A stretch of 64,000 bases of DNA, taken from NCBI GenBank assembly GCA_951406725.2, contig OX597831.1, forward strand, positions 66,588,001-66,652,000. Reading direction: 5' to 3'. The stretch's first letter is position 1; every line of letters begins with the position of its first letter. The position numbers and the translations under genes were made by a program. Of this stretch, positions 52,901 through 64,000 are shown piece by piece. The stretch is from Octopus vulgaris. Taxonomy: Eukaryota. Under the pieces are notes generated by a model that saw only the letters and a program-made list of their open reading frames with translations, did not search any database and was not told the DNA's origin.

Positions 52901-53642
52901 CTCTAGTTTTGCTTCATCATCATCATTATCATCGTTTAACGTCCGTTTTCCATGCTGGCATGGGTTGCACGGTTCGACCGGGGATCTGGGAAGCCAGAAG
53001 GCTGCACCAGGCTCAAGTCTGATCTGGCAATGTTTCTACAGCTGGATGCCCTTCCTAACGCCAACCACTCTGTGAGTGTAGTGGGTGCTTTTTACATGCT
53101 ACCTGCACAGGTGCCAGGGGAGGCTGGCAACGGCCACGATCGGATTGGTGCATTTTACGTGCCACCGGCACGGAAGCCAGTCAAGGCGATGCTGGCATTG
53201 ACCATGATTCAGATAGTGCTTTTTACGTGCCACTGGCACGGAAGCCAGTCTAGGTGGTGCTGGCATCAGCCACGTTCGGATGGTGCTTTTATGTGCCACC
53301 GTCTCAGAGATCACAACTGCAGTTTTCATTGATTTTGATGTTGGTGTACTTGACTCAATGGATCTCCTCAAGCACAGGGTCGAAATGGTGTTTCTCCACT
53401 TGCCACTTGCACAGGAGTCAGTCCAGCGGTCCTGGCAACTGCCGGGTGCCAGTCATAGGATTGGTTCAATTTCGATTCCGATTTGCTTGTTTGATAAAAT
53501 TACACTGATCAACAAAAAACTTATTTTCTAGCATAAAATCTTAGGGCTGTTTTAGACTAGTTTTGGATACTGATTCTGAAACTGACCCCAGATTTGCTCT
53601 ATCACCTTACATTTTTGTACTATCAGTATATACCTTTATTTA

Positions 53643-54230
53643 CCTTTGAAGTCGCTTAAATTCTGTGGCTTTTTGGTTGTTTTGACTGTCTCCTTGCGTG
53701 TAGAAATTGCCTGTTATAGGTAATTTCTCTTCGTATTTAAATGTATACTATTTTATATTGAATGATATGTCGTCTATTGACTTATTATACATGCTAGGCT
53801 ACTGGTAGTGAAATTTATAAAAATTAACTACCCTATATAGATATCTAATGTATTGATAATAGCTTTTCAAACTTCGTTTCGGCATTTTTCATTTTCTGCC
53901 GATTGAAACTTCGCTTGCGTAGTGGCTTTTGAAAAAACTATACCATATAAAGATGAGACACATGCTATTGGTCTCATAATTATAGGTTAGTCTTGGATCG
54001 CTTGGTTACTGATGAGGATTTGCCTAGTAAATTAAATTTAAATTATTTTATTTGCTAAAAAATCCGAAACCTATAAGTATAACCGTAAAAACAAGGTAAA
54101 AGTTTTTTTTTACATTCCCTTTGAAATTGCTTAAATTCTGTGGTTTTTCGGTCGTTTTGACTGTCACCCTAGCATGTAGAAATTTCCTGTTATAGGTAAT
54201 TCTCTTTGTGTTTAAATGTACACTATTATA
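53643..54230 (+). repeat. ~475-bp unit with a ~110-bp direct terminal repeat and a hammerhead (retrozyme or pLTR-like)
   Basis: 53643-53752 repeats at 54118-54228. Confidence 0.65.
54004..54084 (+). ncRNA. Type I hammerhead ribozyme with a canonical core
   Basis: GGTTA-CTGATGA-GGATTT..AAATCC-GAAAC(ctataa)GTA-TAACC. Confidence 0.8.
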
Positions 54231-54249
54231 TTATATATATATATATATG

Positions 54250-54548
54250 TGGAGGCGCAATGGCCTAATGGTTAGGGCAGCGAACTCGTGGTCGTAGGGT
54301 CGCGGTTTCGATTCCCAGACCGGTTGTTGTGAGTGTTTATTGAGCGAAAACACCTAAAAGCTCCACGAATCTCCGGTGGTGATCCCTGCTGTACTCTTTC
54401 ACCACTCTTTCTCTCACTCTTTCTTCTGTTGGCCTGCTCGCTTAGCCAGCGGGGTGGCGTCATTCGAAGGCTAAAACAATGCGAACGCATTGTGACCAGC
54501 GATGTGTAGCAATATCTGATGGTCTGGTCGGTCACGTGATCACGTGAT
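54250..54548 (+). mobile_element. tRNA(Arg)-like SINE family D
   Basis: ggaggcgcaatggcctaatggttagggcag..ggtttcgattccc head and cacgtgatcacgtg tail; 3' fragment also at 21603-21684. Confidence 0.75.
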
Positions 54549-56459
54549 ATATATGTATATATAATTAAAATGTCAATAAAAGAAAATGGAGAGGAAAAAT
54601 TAAAAAGACACTTGGTTTGTTTTATTGGAAAAGTAATGCAAATTAAAAGATGAAAAAATATACCTATAGGAGTATAAAAGGAACTGCCTCAACCAACAAA
54701 ATAACCCAAAATTATCAACCCCCCCCCAGATATTCTACATATATGTATATATGTTTCGATATAACAATATTTAAGAATCATCAATAATTATAACTTTAAA
54801 AGATGTATATTGTTAGATCTCTTCAGGACAATGCTTAGATATTTTCAAATGTAAACAAACTTACTTTAAAAGACGCATATTTCATGTGCTTAGAAAGTTA
54901 TTTAAAATTTAGCTAATATTGAATGTTAAAATGCTACTTAAACATCAAATCCATTTGAAAAGAAATTCACACTTACTTATTACACATTATGTTATATTTA
55001 TATTCATATTTACACCTATAAAGGTTAACACGATGGATGTAGCAAAAGGACGGCCGTAACGCCTTGTGAGTGGTGTGTAGCGTACAACTTGTGTGTTTGA
55101 TGGAGTGTGCGATATGGGCGAGAGAGTTAACTGAAATTTTGTCATTCACTTGTTACAGTGAGAGAAAATGTGAGTGAGTAACAGAGAAAAAGAGAGAGGG
55201 TTATGTATGTTGGCGGGGGGGATATTCTATTAGAAAAGTTTGCCAGACAGAGGGAGAGGGAAAGAGAGTGAGTAGAAGCTGTGGAAAGCCGTTATAGAGA
55301 TAAAGAGGAGGGAAGGGAGTAAGAGAAAGATGGAAGAAGAAATGGTGATAACCATTAAAGAGAAACAACAACCACTTGTCAATTTTCACTCTCTTTGCCA
55401 TAGCAACCACCTATTTATAGCTTGCAAATTTTAACCATCGCAGGTCGGATCCTCACCATGCATTTAGTATTCCTGCCAATTTTCAGCTCGATCCTAGCAC
55501 GTCTAGTGCCATTGAATCCTTACCAAAGCCAAGGTGTCAAGTTTTTTCCTCTTTTATATAGGTAGACTAGCAGTATCACCCAGCTTTGCTCGGGTTCGTT
55601 TCGACCCTTTAGAATTGGAATTTTTGAAAATTAAAAATGTTGCATTGTAAATTTGAATGAAATTGGTTGTGTAGTTCTCAAGTTTTAGGGATTCAGACAG
55701 ACACACATTCTCAGTTTTATATATATAGATAAGCCCGGTTTCATCCAGTCTGTTTGAATGTTGTGACTGTGATCGTTTTCGGTTAGGCATAATCTATAAC
55801 AGCATTTCTCAACCTTATCATTTCGGGTCCCCTGTTTCGATTGGAGCCTCCAGCTGTATGAAAATCACTCCCCCACCCCCGTCAAAAAACAGCTTCAGGA
55901 GTTGTAAAGAAAGAATTTGTACATAGTCTGTTTCTGAGAGCTATTGTATTGGACCTCTGTTCAATCATTAAAACATTTATTTAATTATGAACATAGAAAG
56001 AAATTATACATTAATCCCTATTTTTGTAAGCAGTTGTATCCATAAAAATTTTATTTGCAGATGGCAATAATTGAAAGAAGATATGTGAAAAGGACGTGTG
56101 TGTGTGCATGCGTGCTTGCGCGTGTGTATGTGAGAGAGAAAGAGAGATAGAGTGAGTGAAGTGAAAATATCTTCGCAGAAAGCAGCTTCAGGAGTTGTGA
56201 AGAAAGAATTTGTTTCTGAGAACTATTCTATTGGATCTCTGTCTAATCACGTCTTTTAAGGTATACACACATACATAGAAAATGTGAGGTCATAGAAAAT
56301 TTTTACGTTAGATATTGTTTTAATTTGTTTTTTGTCTAATGTAGAAGATGGCGTTCCGTGTGTGTGTGAGTACTTTGTGTTGGCTATTTTATGATCAGAT
56401 TCATAGATATTGTTTCAAATTTTTTGTCTAATGTAGAAGTTGTTCGGTGTTTGTGTGTG

Positions 56460-56774
56460 TTAGTTAGTTAGTTAGTTAGTTAATTTGGCTCAAAAGCAAA
56501 TAGCAAGGCCATGTAGGGGGACATGGAGTTAAGTACAGGGTGGTGTTCATGTAAAGAGTTCAGGCCACTTGAGGTCCAGGAGGCTTTGAACAAAGCGGTC
56601 GTTGGCATCTTCACCATCTCATCTGGCAGCTTGTTCCACGGATCCGCAACCCGGACGGAGAAAGCTCCTCTCCTTCGATTGAGATGAAATCGTCGCAGGT
56701 AGAGCTTTTCGGAATGACCCCGCAGCCGACGCTCCGGAGCAGGAGTGAAGAACAGCTCTTTCGAGAGGTTACAC
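56460..56774 (-). mobile_element. CR1/L2-like LINE 3' end
   Basis: RLRGHSEKL..RRGAFSVRVADPWNKLPDEMV..FK, with a (TAAC)n tail. Confidence 0.8.
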
Positions 56775-58640
56775 TGGCCCAATACGGTCACGGAAAGTTT
56801 AAAAAAAAGACAGTGTTGGGAAGGGAATTATACACTGTTGACTTACGGTATGTCTCTTTCTGGCGGAATGGCGTAATATATACGGATGGGCTAAACTGCT
56901 GGGGCGGTCAGTTAGAGAGATGACAGGATGAGAGGCAGTCAGCGGAAGACCGGACAAGGGGGTAGACGTGGTCTGGCAGATCGACCAGGCGAGTTGTGTA
57001 GTGGGAGACGTAGAATCAAGAAAATGTTGCAGACGCGAAGTTAAGAGAATGTGCCTGTAAATGCTTTTGTGTTTTAAACTGTGATGTTTAAATGTTAAAA
57101 AAAGAAAACGTTGTGTTGTTAAATGTTGAAAAAAAAAAGACTCTGACGTTAACTGTTGAAAAGAAAAGAAAAAAAAGAGCTTGTAAATGTTAAAAAAAGA
57201 TAGAGTAAGACTGTTTGAAAAGAAAAGAAGAAAAAAAGAAATGAGTTGTTGACTGTTTTTAAGAGAAGGGAAGAAAGAAAAGAAGAACTTTGAGAACGAA
57301 CTCTCTGTGTTAGAAGAAATAGAATTGTGTTAAAAAAGGGAAAGAACTCTGTATTGTGTTGCATAATGCTAAATGTTTGAGAATCGAACTCTGTTAAAAA
57401 AAAGAATTGTTCAAGCTGTTAAATGTTTGTTAACCTTTGTTGTTGAATGTTTGTTAAGCAAAAAAATAACTGCTTTGATTACACAACGCCTGTGTGTTTT
57501 ATTCTTTTTGTTGTTGTTGTTCTTGGCTACTGGCTGCGTTCGCAGCCTCCCCCCTCCCGGAGTGGATTTCTGATTTACTGAGCGCTGCCGTCGCACGCGG
57601 GCTTTTTGGGTGAGTGTCGTGTGGGCGATCTGTTTGATGGCTGCTTGGGGCTGGTGAAACCCGACAGGCAATGCAAAATGAAAGCTGTAGTGACGGTCGG
57701 ACGGACCCTGGTAGAGGCAGAAGCGGATGAAGCGCTGGTTGTGTCAGCCAAATTTCTCGGAAGTGGCACAAGAGATTTGTAAAGGACAGATCTTGGGACT
57801 GTGCCAGGCATTGAACCAGTGGCAGGGTCAGTTGCGTCACTGCAGGAAGGTAGTTGAAGGAGGTGGTGGTCTGCCTGTGCATTTGCAGGATCGGTTCGCA
57901 CGGAGTCGCCAGTGCTTAGATGACACTCAAGTGTTGAGGTTGAAGCAGCTGCTAGCGAGGTGTGCAGGACATCTAGACGTTGGTTGCACGGACCCTGGTG
58001 GAGTACCATATCAACACGTTCGTCCAGCAGTATTCAGGACTTCCACCTCCGTCGCCTTCATCTTATCGACGCCAACAACATTTCTACGTACACAGCAAAC
58101 TTCGCTCTAGTTTAATTTCTCACAAGCTCAACCTGCGCGAACCTTCTGTACCAAGTAACCCGGCAGCGGCATTGTAGCCACAACTGCTTACACGACATGT
58201 GCTTTCGACCGGCTATGCTTTTTACGCCTGAACTTCTTGTTTCAGAACTTCAACTATTGCGTACCTTACTACGAACTGGTATGTATCTTCATTGTGTCTG
58301 AACTTCTTCTAGCGTTCTATTATAAACTCTTTCTATGCTCTGTATTTTATCTCACACGCATACACCCTTGTTTGTACACACATACACATTATGTATGCTT
58401 GACGGCTTGTCTATTATTGTTCTTATTATATATGTACTTATGACGCACATACAGACACACACCCTGCTAACATCTAAATAAAACCTTTCTCTTAACATTC
58501 TACGGTTGTGTCGTCTTTCATTTCATTCTGGTACTCATACACATTTATCGCATTTTGGGCTTTTATTGTAAGCGACCGTGCGCTGTACTAAAGGAGTCAT
58601 TCATTCGTCACCTCTCCTTTTGCAAGGTCGTTCTACAATT
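56775..58640. mobile_element. Unclassified LTR-like sequence(s)
   Basis: Higher-GC non-coding block with candidate TGT/ACA ends (57666; 57687-58637) and AATAAA motifs; no TSD verified. Confidence 0.3.
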
Positions 58641-58724
58641 TTTCTTCTTCTTATTATTTAATTAAAATGAAAATAATAATTTTAACGCATGTGTAAACAC
58701 ACATATACACATACTGATAATAAA

Positions 58725-58928
58725 TGTCTCTCTCTCTCTCTCTCTATCATTAGCTACTACACACATTTTTTCTCTCCTTGTTTCTCTTGTTTTTTTTTCT
58801 GTGTATCTTTCTGTAGAAGAGCGTAGGCTCGAAACGTAAAAGACTTTTCTATTCCTGAGCGCTATACTAATACATCTGTTTGTTTGTACACCACCTGCCT
58901 TCGTCTTTTGTTTATTTTCGTAAATTTT

Positions 58929-58932
<4 letters not shown>
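58725..58932 (+). mobile_element. Neptune-type Penelope 3' end fragment in (TA)n with a hammerhead-like motif
   Basis: Homologous to 12130-12352. Confidence 0.7.
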
Positions 58933-58993
<61 letters not shown>

Positions 58994-59191
58994 TATATAT
59001 AAGGGAAAAGTATAAAGAAAATGTACACTAGGTATAAAAGTAATGGCCTTTTTTAAAATAAAAAACGAAGATATATACATACAAATAAATGATTTGAGGT
59101 GGAATTAAGAAGTATAAAAATCATTATTATGTGTCTACTTTTCCCTTATTTATAAGACGTGTAGTCTTTTTCTTTGAAACCTGTTTCTATG

Positions 59192-59274
<83 letters not shown>

Positions 59275-60016
59275 AGTAGTTGTAACCAACTAAGGGATAA
59301 AATATCCGTATATACTATCAGCATCCGTTACTTGTGCTATCTCTGGGCAATGGTGTGCAGGGACACCATATACGTTGAGCGCAGGTGACTAGGATAAATC
59401 AATGTTTATCCATTAGAAAATGGAGAAAAACATAGATTAACCAGTGCATCGATAGCACCACATAAATGACACCAGAAACACTCATACTATTCCATAATAG
59501 TACTTATAACCCACAGTTTTTAATTAGTAACACATGTTAGTTTAATGCAGGGTCTACATCTTACCCCTTTATTTCTGTCATGCTTAGAAGTATTGAGTCT
59601 CATGTAGGCAGTTTATTTACAACACCCCACTTCTACCCCTTTTCCTAAGTCTTATTTGTTACCCCCCCCCCCCACAATTAACTCTTTCCTTTTCTTATAA
59701 TTATAAACTTTAGATATATTTAACTACCCCATATTAGTATTTATAATCCCACAGTATATTAATAGGAGCTTCTTTTAGTATAATGGGGTTTTTTACATCT
59801 TAAATATTACCCGCCTAACAATCAGTACCATTTTATTTTTACCCTGTAGAGCACCTATTTAATATACTCTTATTACATACTAGTACTTAATTTTTTACTA
59901 CAATTCGCTATATATGTTGTTCAGCCATATTTTGTTTCCCTTGTTTTCATTGAACTGCTGGCCTACCGCGACCTGTTACTTCCCTTAACCACTTAGTTGT
60001 TGGTCTCTATGTTCCC

Positions 60017-60390
60017 AGAAGAGAATTAATGCATTCGAGCTTTGATGTTGGAGAAGACTTTTGCGGATTCCATGGACAGCGAGGCTCACCAATGGAGAAG
60101 TTCTTAAGCAGATAAGGCCGAAAATGTCGCTAGAAGCTGGGATCACCAAGCGTAGATTGGCATATTTCAGTCATATTATGCGGAGAGAATCCCTGGAGAA
60201 GGACATCATGCTCGGAATGGTCAGTGGCAAGAGAGGAAGAGGCCGACCAAGAACCCGCTGGCTTGACACCATCAAGAGTGATACCGGAATGGACATGGCC
60301 AATCTGAAGGAAGCGGCCCAGGATAGAACTGACTGGAGGACACTGATCCAACGAGTGACCGAGAGTCGACTTCGACTGAGCGGATAGAGA
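60017..60390 (+). mobile_element. RTE-BovB-like LINE 3' fragment
   Basis: RRINAFEL*CWRRLLRIPWTAR..LEKDIMLGMVSGKRGRGRPRTRWLD. Confidence 0.88.
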
Positions 60391-60712
60391 GATGGGATCT
60401 TTTCTTTTTGAAAGCAAGATTTTTCTAGTTAACTAAATAATTTGAAGCTTCGTATACTGGTATACGTGTCAAAAGAAAACAATAATTTCAACTAGTTTTT
60501 TTGACAAAAATGTATTTTATAAGTTTAAACGGAGTTTAAATCTGCGAATTTTAACCAATCGTATTCTCTGTATTGAGTTGAAATTATTTGCCCCGTCTAA
60601 ACATATTGTTACTGTGACGTAAACAACTCTTTTGTGATGTAGTTAACGTAAACAGCTAAATTCGATGTGAAAGCTTGACTTGCATTGCTTTATAGAATTT
60701 GAAAGTTATTCG

Positions 60713-61115
60713 TTTTACTCTTTTTTACTCTTTTTACTCTTTTTACTTGTTTCAGTCATTTGACTGCGGCCATGCTGGAGCACCACCTTTAATCGAGCAA
60801 CTCGACCCCGGGACTTATTCTTTGTAAGCCCAGTACTTATTCTATCGGTCTCTTTTTGCCGAACCGCTAAGTGACAGGGACATAAACACACCAGCATCGG
60901 TTGTCAAGCAATGCTAGGGGGACAAACACACACACATATATATACATATATACGACGGACTTCTTTCAGTTTCCGTCTACCAAATCCACTCACAAGGCTT
61001 TGGTCGGCCCGAGGCTATAGTAGAAGACACTTGCCCAAGGTGACACGCAGCGGGACTGAACCCGGAACCATGTGGTTGGTAAACAAGCTACTTACCACAC
61101 AGCCACTCCTGCGCC
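60713..61115 (-). mobile_element. tRNA-derived SINE family B, full length
   Basis: Reverse-complement head and tail. Confidence 0.8.
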
Positions 61116-61360
61116 TATTTTGTATAAAATTATTATTCGTTTCGTCTTTAATAAATATATATGTGCACAACAAACGTGCCTGCACACGTACTGTTTACTT
61201 TGGATGAATAATAAACACATATTCAGTGTTTTTGTATAGGCTTCGGGTGTTTTCTCTATACAATGTATATATTTACTATAAACTTGTGCACACGCTTTGA
61301 TTCTTCAGTTTGACACACGTCTTGAACCGGTTATTTGGCTTGTATGCACCCACATACACA

Positions 61361-62617
61361 CATCATCATTGTTCGACCGTGGTCGAGACAATGGAATTTA
61401 CCATGTTGCGCCAGACTTCACGGTCCATCATAGCATTACGGAGGTCCTGTTGCTGGATGCCTGTATCCCTGGAGATTACATCAGGGTAGGAGAGTGTGCG
61501 CCCTCTGGTGTTGCGAGTAGATGGCTTACAGAGGAGAAGAATAGAAATTACTTCTTTTTCAGCTCTACAACAATGTCCAGCAAACTGGACTCTCCTACCC
61601 TTCACAAGAGATGACACAGGTGGTAATTTCCCATATATTTGCATTTTAGTTGGATGGCGCCTCCACGAGAGATTTTGAGCTCTCATAAGGAGGCGAGTGT
61701 AGGTTCCATCCAACCGCCTCTCAAGCTTCTTTGATAACGTCCAGGTTTCTGAGCCATATAGTAGGATTGGTTCGACTGTGGCTTTGAATATTTCAAGTTT
61801 GAAGTCTCTACTTAGATTTGATGACCAGATCTTATGCATGTCATTACAGGCTGACCAGGCCATACCCTTTCTAGTTAGAAAGTCTTTTCCAGATGATGAT
61901 ATGTATGACCCAAGATATTTATAATTAGAAACCATATTTAAAGGTGCACTGTTGAGAGTGTGGATGATGCAATCACTGTTGGACAGGCACTTGTTTATGT
62001 ATTCAGTTTTGGCCTCATTGAGGTAAAGACCTACACAATTTGAGGCTTGTTCAAGAGATTGTAAAAGAGACTGGGCATTGGAGAGAGAATCACTGATAAG
62101 AGCGATGTCGTCAGCAAAGTCAGTGTCTGTCAAGTACTCAGCTGGGTGTCTGGAACTTCTTCTTGGTTTTATTTCAAAGCCCTTGCCAGAGATGGTATCA
62201 ACTGACATACGTAGCACATAATCAACAACAATGATGAAAAGAAATGGGGCGAGTGTGTCTCCCTGCAGTATTCCGGCTCCGATCGAGAAAGATGATGTTT
62301 CTCCATCAGGGGTTAAGATGGTTGAAGACGTATCTGTGTAGAGGACCTTGATGGCAGAAATAATTTTGTCTGGTATCCCATAGAGCTTAAGGATTTCAAA
62401 CATCTTGTACCTATCTACAGAATCGAACGCTTTAGAAAAGTCTACAAATACCATTGCAAGATCGCGATTAAATGCTTTTGATTCTTCAATAAGTCTGCGC
62501 AGGCATAGTATCTGGCTCAGCGTTGAGCGCCCATGTCTGAATCCATTTTGGTTCTTTCGGAGCAAAGGTTCAACAAAAAGGACAAGACGATTTAGGATCA
62601 GTTTGTTGTACAGTTTT
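61361..62617 (-). mobile_element. 5'-truncated RTE-clade LINE with an uninterrupted RT ORF
   Basis: QNGFR, VDFSKAFDSV, GILQGDTLAPFLF and FADDIAL motifs; (TGA)n tail; possible tacacac TSD. Confidence 0.92.
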
Positions 62618-64000
62618 ACACACACGTACCCATCCATACGCATACTCGCACATAATCACGGCCCCTCTGCGTTTTCGCTCGTCGATGTGCTAGGAATAAC
62701 ACCCAAATCCCCTTAAAACCATATACTACTGGGTTAAAGGAAGGGTACATTGGCTAATATAATCATAGATGCTATATCTGAAAAAAAAGGGGGGGCGCAA
62801 AAATACGGGTTTGTCATAGTTAGAACCCTTTGATCCTCAACCGGGTTTATCAGGATGACCTGAGTTAAATAGCAATAACAATATATTTGTAATATTGATT
62901 ATAGACACAAACATATATTTTGGGGTGAGTGGAGGGTATAATCATTTATATCGATCTCCAATACTTGATCGATGTATTTTCTCGACCGAGGAAGAACAGA
63001 CGGCTTGTTTTGAATTCCGGTGAGGGTTGAAACCCGAACGTATAGGACCGTATCCCTAAACATTTTAACAGTCCTTTACCAAGCCCTTGTCAGAATGTAA
63101 TATCATCTGATCCACATTATCTCTCTATTATTTGTCCACGCGTAAAAATATATCAAGGTGACATAGTTAAACTTCGACGAAAAATATAATGTAAAGCTGG
63201 CAGAATCGGTAGTGCATCGGATAAAATGGCTAGCGTCATTTCTTACGAATCTTTACGTTCCGTGTTCGAATATTGCTGAGCTTTCTTTCTTTCGGGCGGC
63301 GCTTATAGAATAAGTACCAGTTGAATACAATCGACTAGTTCTTCCCATCAGCTTCAGGCCTTGTACTTGCTGGGGAAAGAAATATTATTAAGGAAGGGGA
63401 TGGGGCAAGCTGGCAGAATCGTTCGTGCGTCGGACAAAATACCTTGTGGCATTTCTTCCGACTCCTCACGTTACCGTCGTCGTCGACTTTACCTTTCATG
63501 ATCAATTAAGTACCAGTCAATGTAATTGATTAACCCCTCCTCCCAAATTGTTGGTCTTGTGCCAAAATTTTGTGCAATTTTATTTTTTATATCGAAACTA
63601 AATATATAGTTTTAGCTCTCAAGGTGAACTCCAAGCAATTACCTATGATAAAAGGTATTCTAGGTTTGATCATCCCAAGTGTGACACCTACTCCAAAGGC
63701 ACGATGAAGTGGTGGGCAGTTAAAATGTTTTAAAACGTGGATTTTTCAGAAAAATAAGATTTAATGCGAATTACATGTATTTTAGAGTGACGAAAATTAC
63801 CGAAACCCCTCCAAAAATTTACTATCGAAATTTCATTTTATTCTCGACAGCTATTTCGAAAGCCCGCCGTATTTTTATTATTATTCTGTCTGTTTAGAAC
63901 TTTGTTATATGGGACGGTGATGTTTACATTTTAGCTATGTTAACTACGTCACAAAATAGCTGTTTACGTCACAGTAACAATATTTTCAGAAGCAGTAAAT

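Noticed and set aside
12416-53508. Recurrent ORFs such as MLAWVGRFD..FLQLDALPNANHS and spaced ~60-bp repeats resembling a CRISPR array
   Set aside because: These are SINE-internal tandem repeats with no unique spacers and no cas genes, in a eukaryotic context.
57499-58177. Overlapping 65-144 aa ORFs as a host gene or gag
   Set aside because: No recognisable domain or splice structure; likely chance ORFs in a GC-richer LTR-like block.
15882-61115. tRNA genes
   Set aside because: The A/B-box sequences are SINE heads without complete cloverleaves, and the 22061 match is only a PBS-length 3' end.

Overview
AT-rich, microsatellite- and TE-dense animal genomic DNA. The SINE families and (TA/CA)n load suggest a coleoid cephalopod, probably Octopus (inference). 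One host gene is visible: the 3' part of a + strand Mps1/TTK-like kinase. Its 14 GT-AG exons (15162-50781) splice in one frame (1891 nt, about 629 aa plus stop) and encode TWO tandem, near-identical Mps1 kinase domains, a unique linker, and a C-terminal tail with KEN- and D-box-like motifs. The 5' exons lie upstream of the window. Introns and the downstream region hold an ~11.7-kb head-to-head palindrome of a Penelope-like element with nested elements, at least nine hammerhead-ribozyme-like motifs, piggyBac/8-bp-TSD/Helitron non-autonomous elements, mariner, hAT, Gypsy, RTE and CR1 relics, and several SINE families. All calls were made by eye; TE ends are approximate unless TSDs are quoted.
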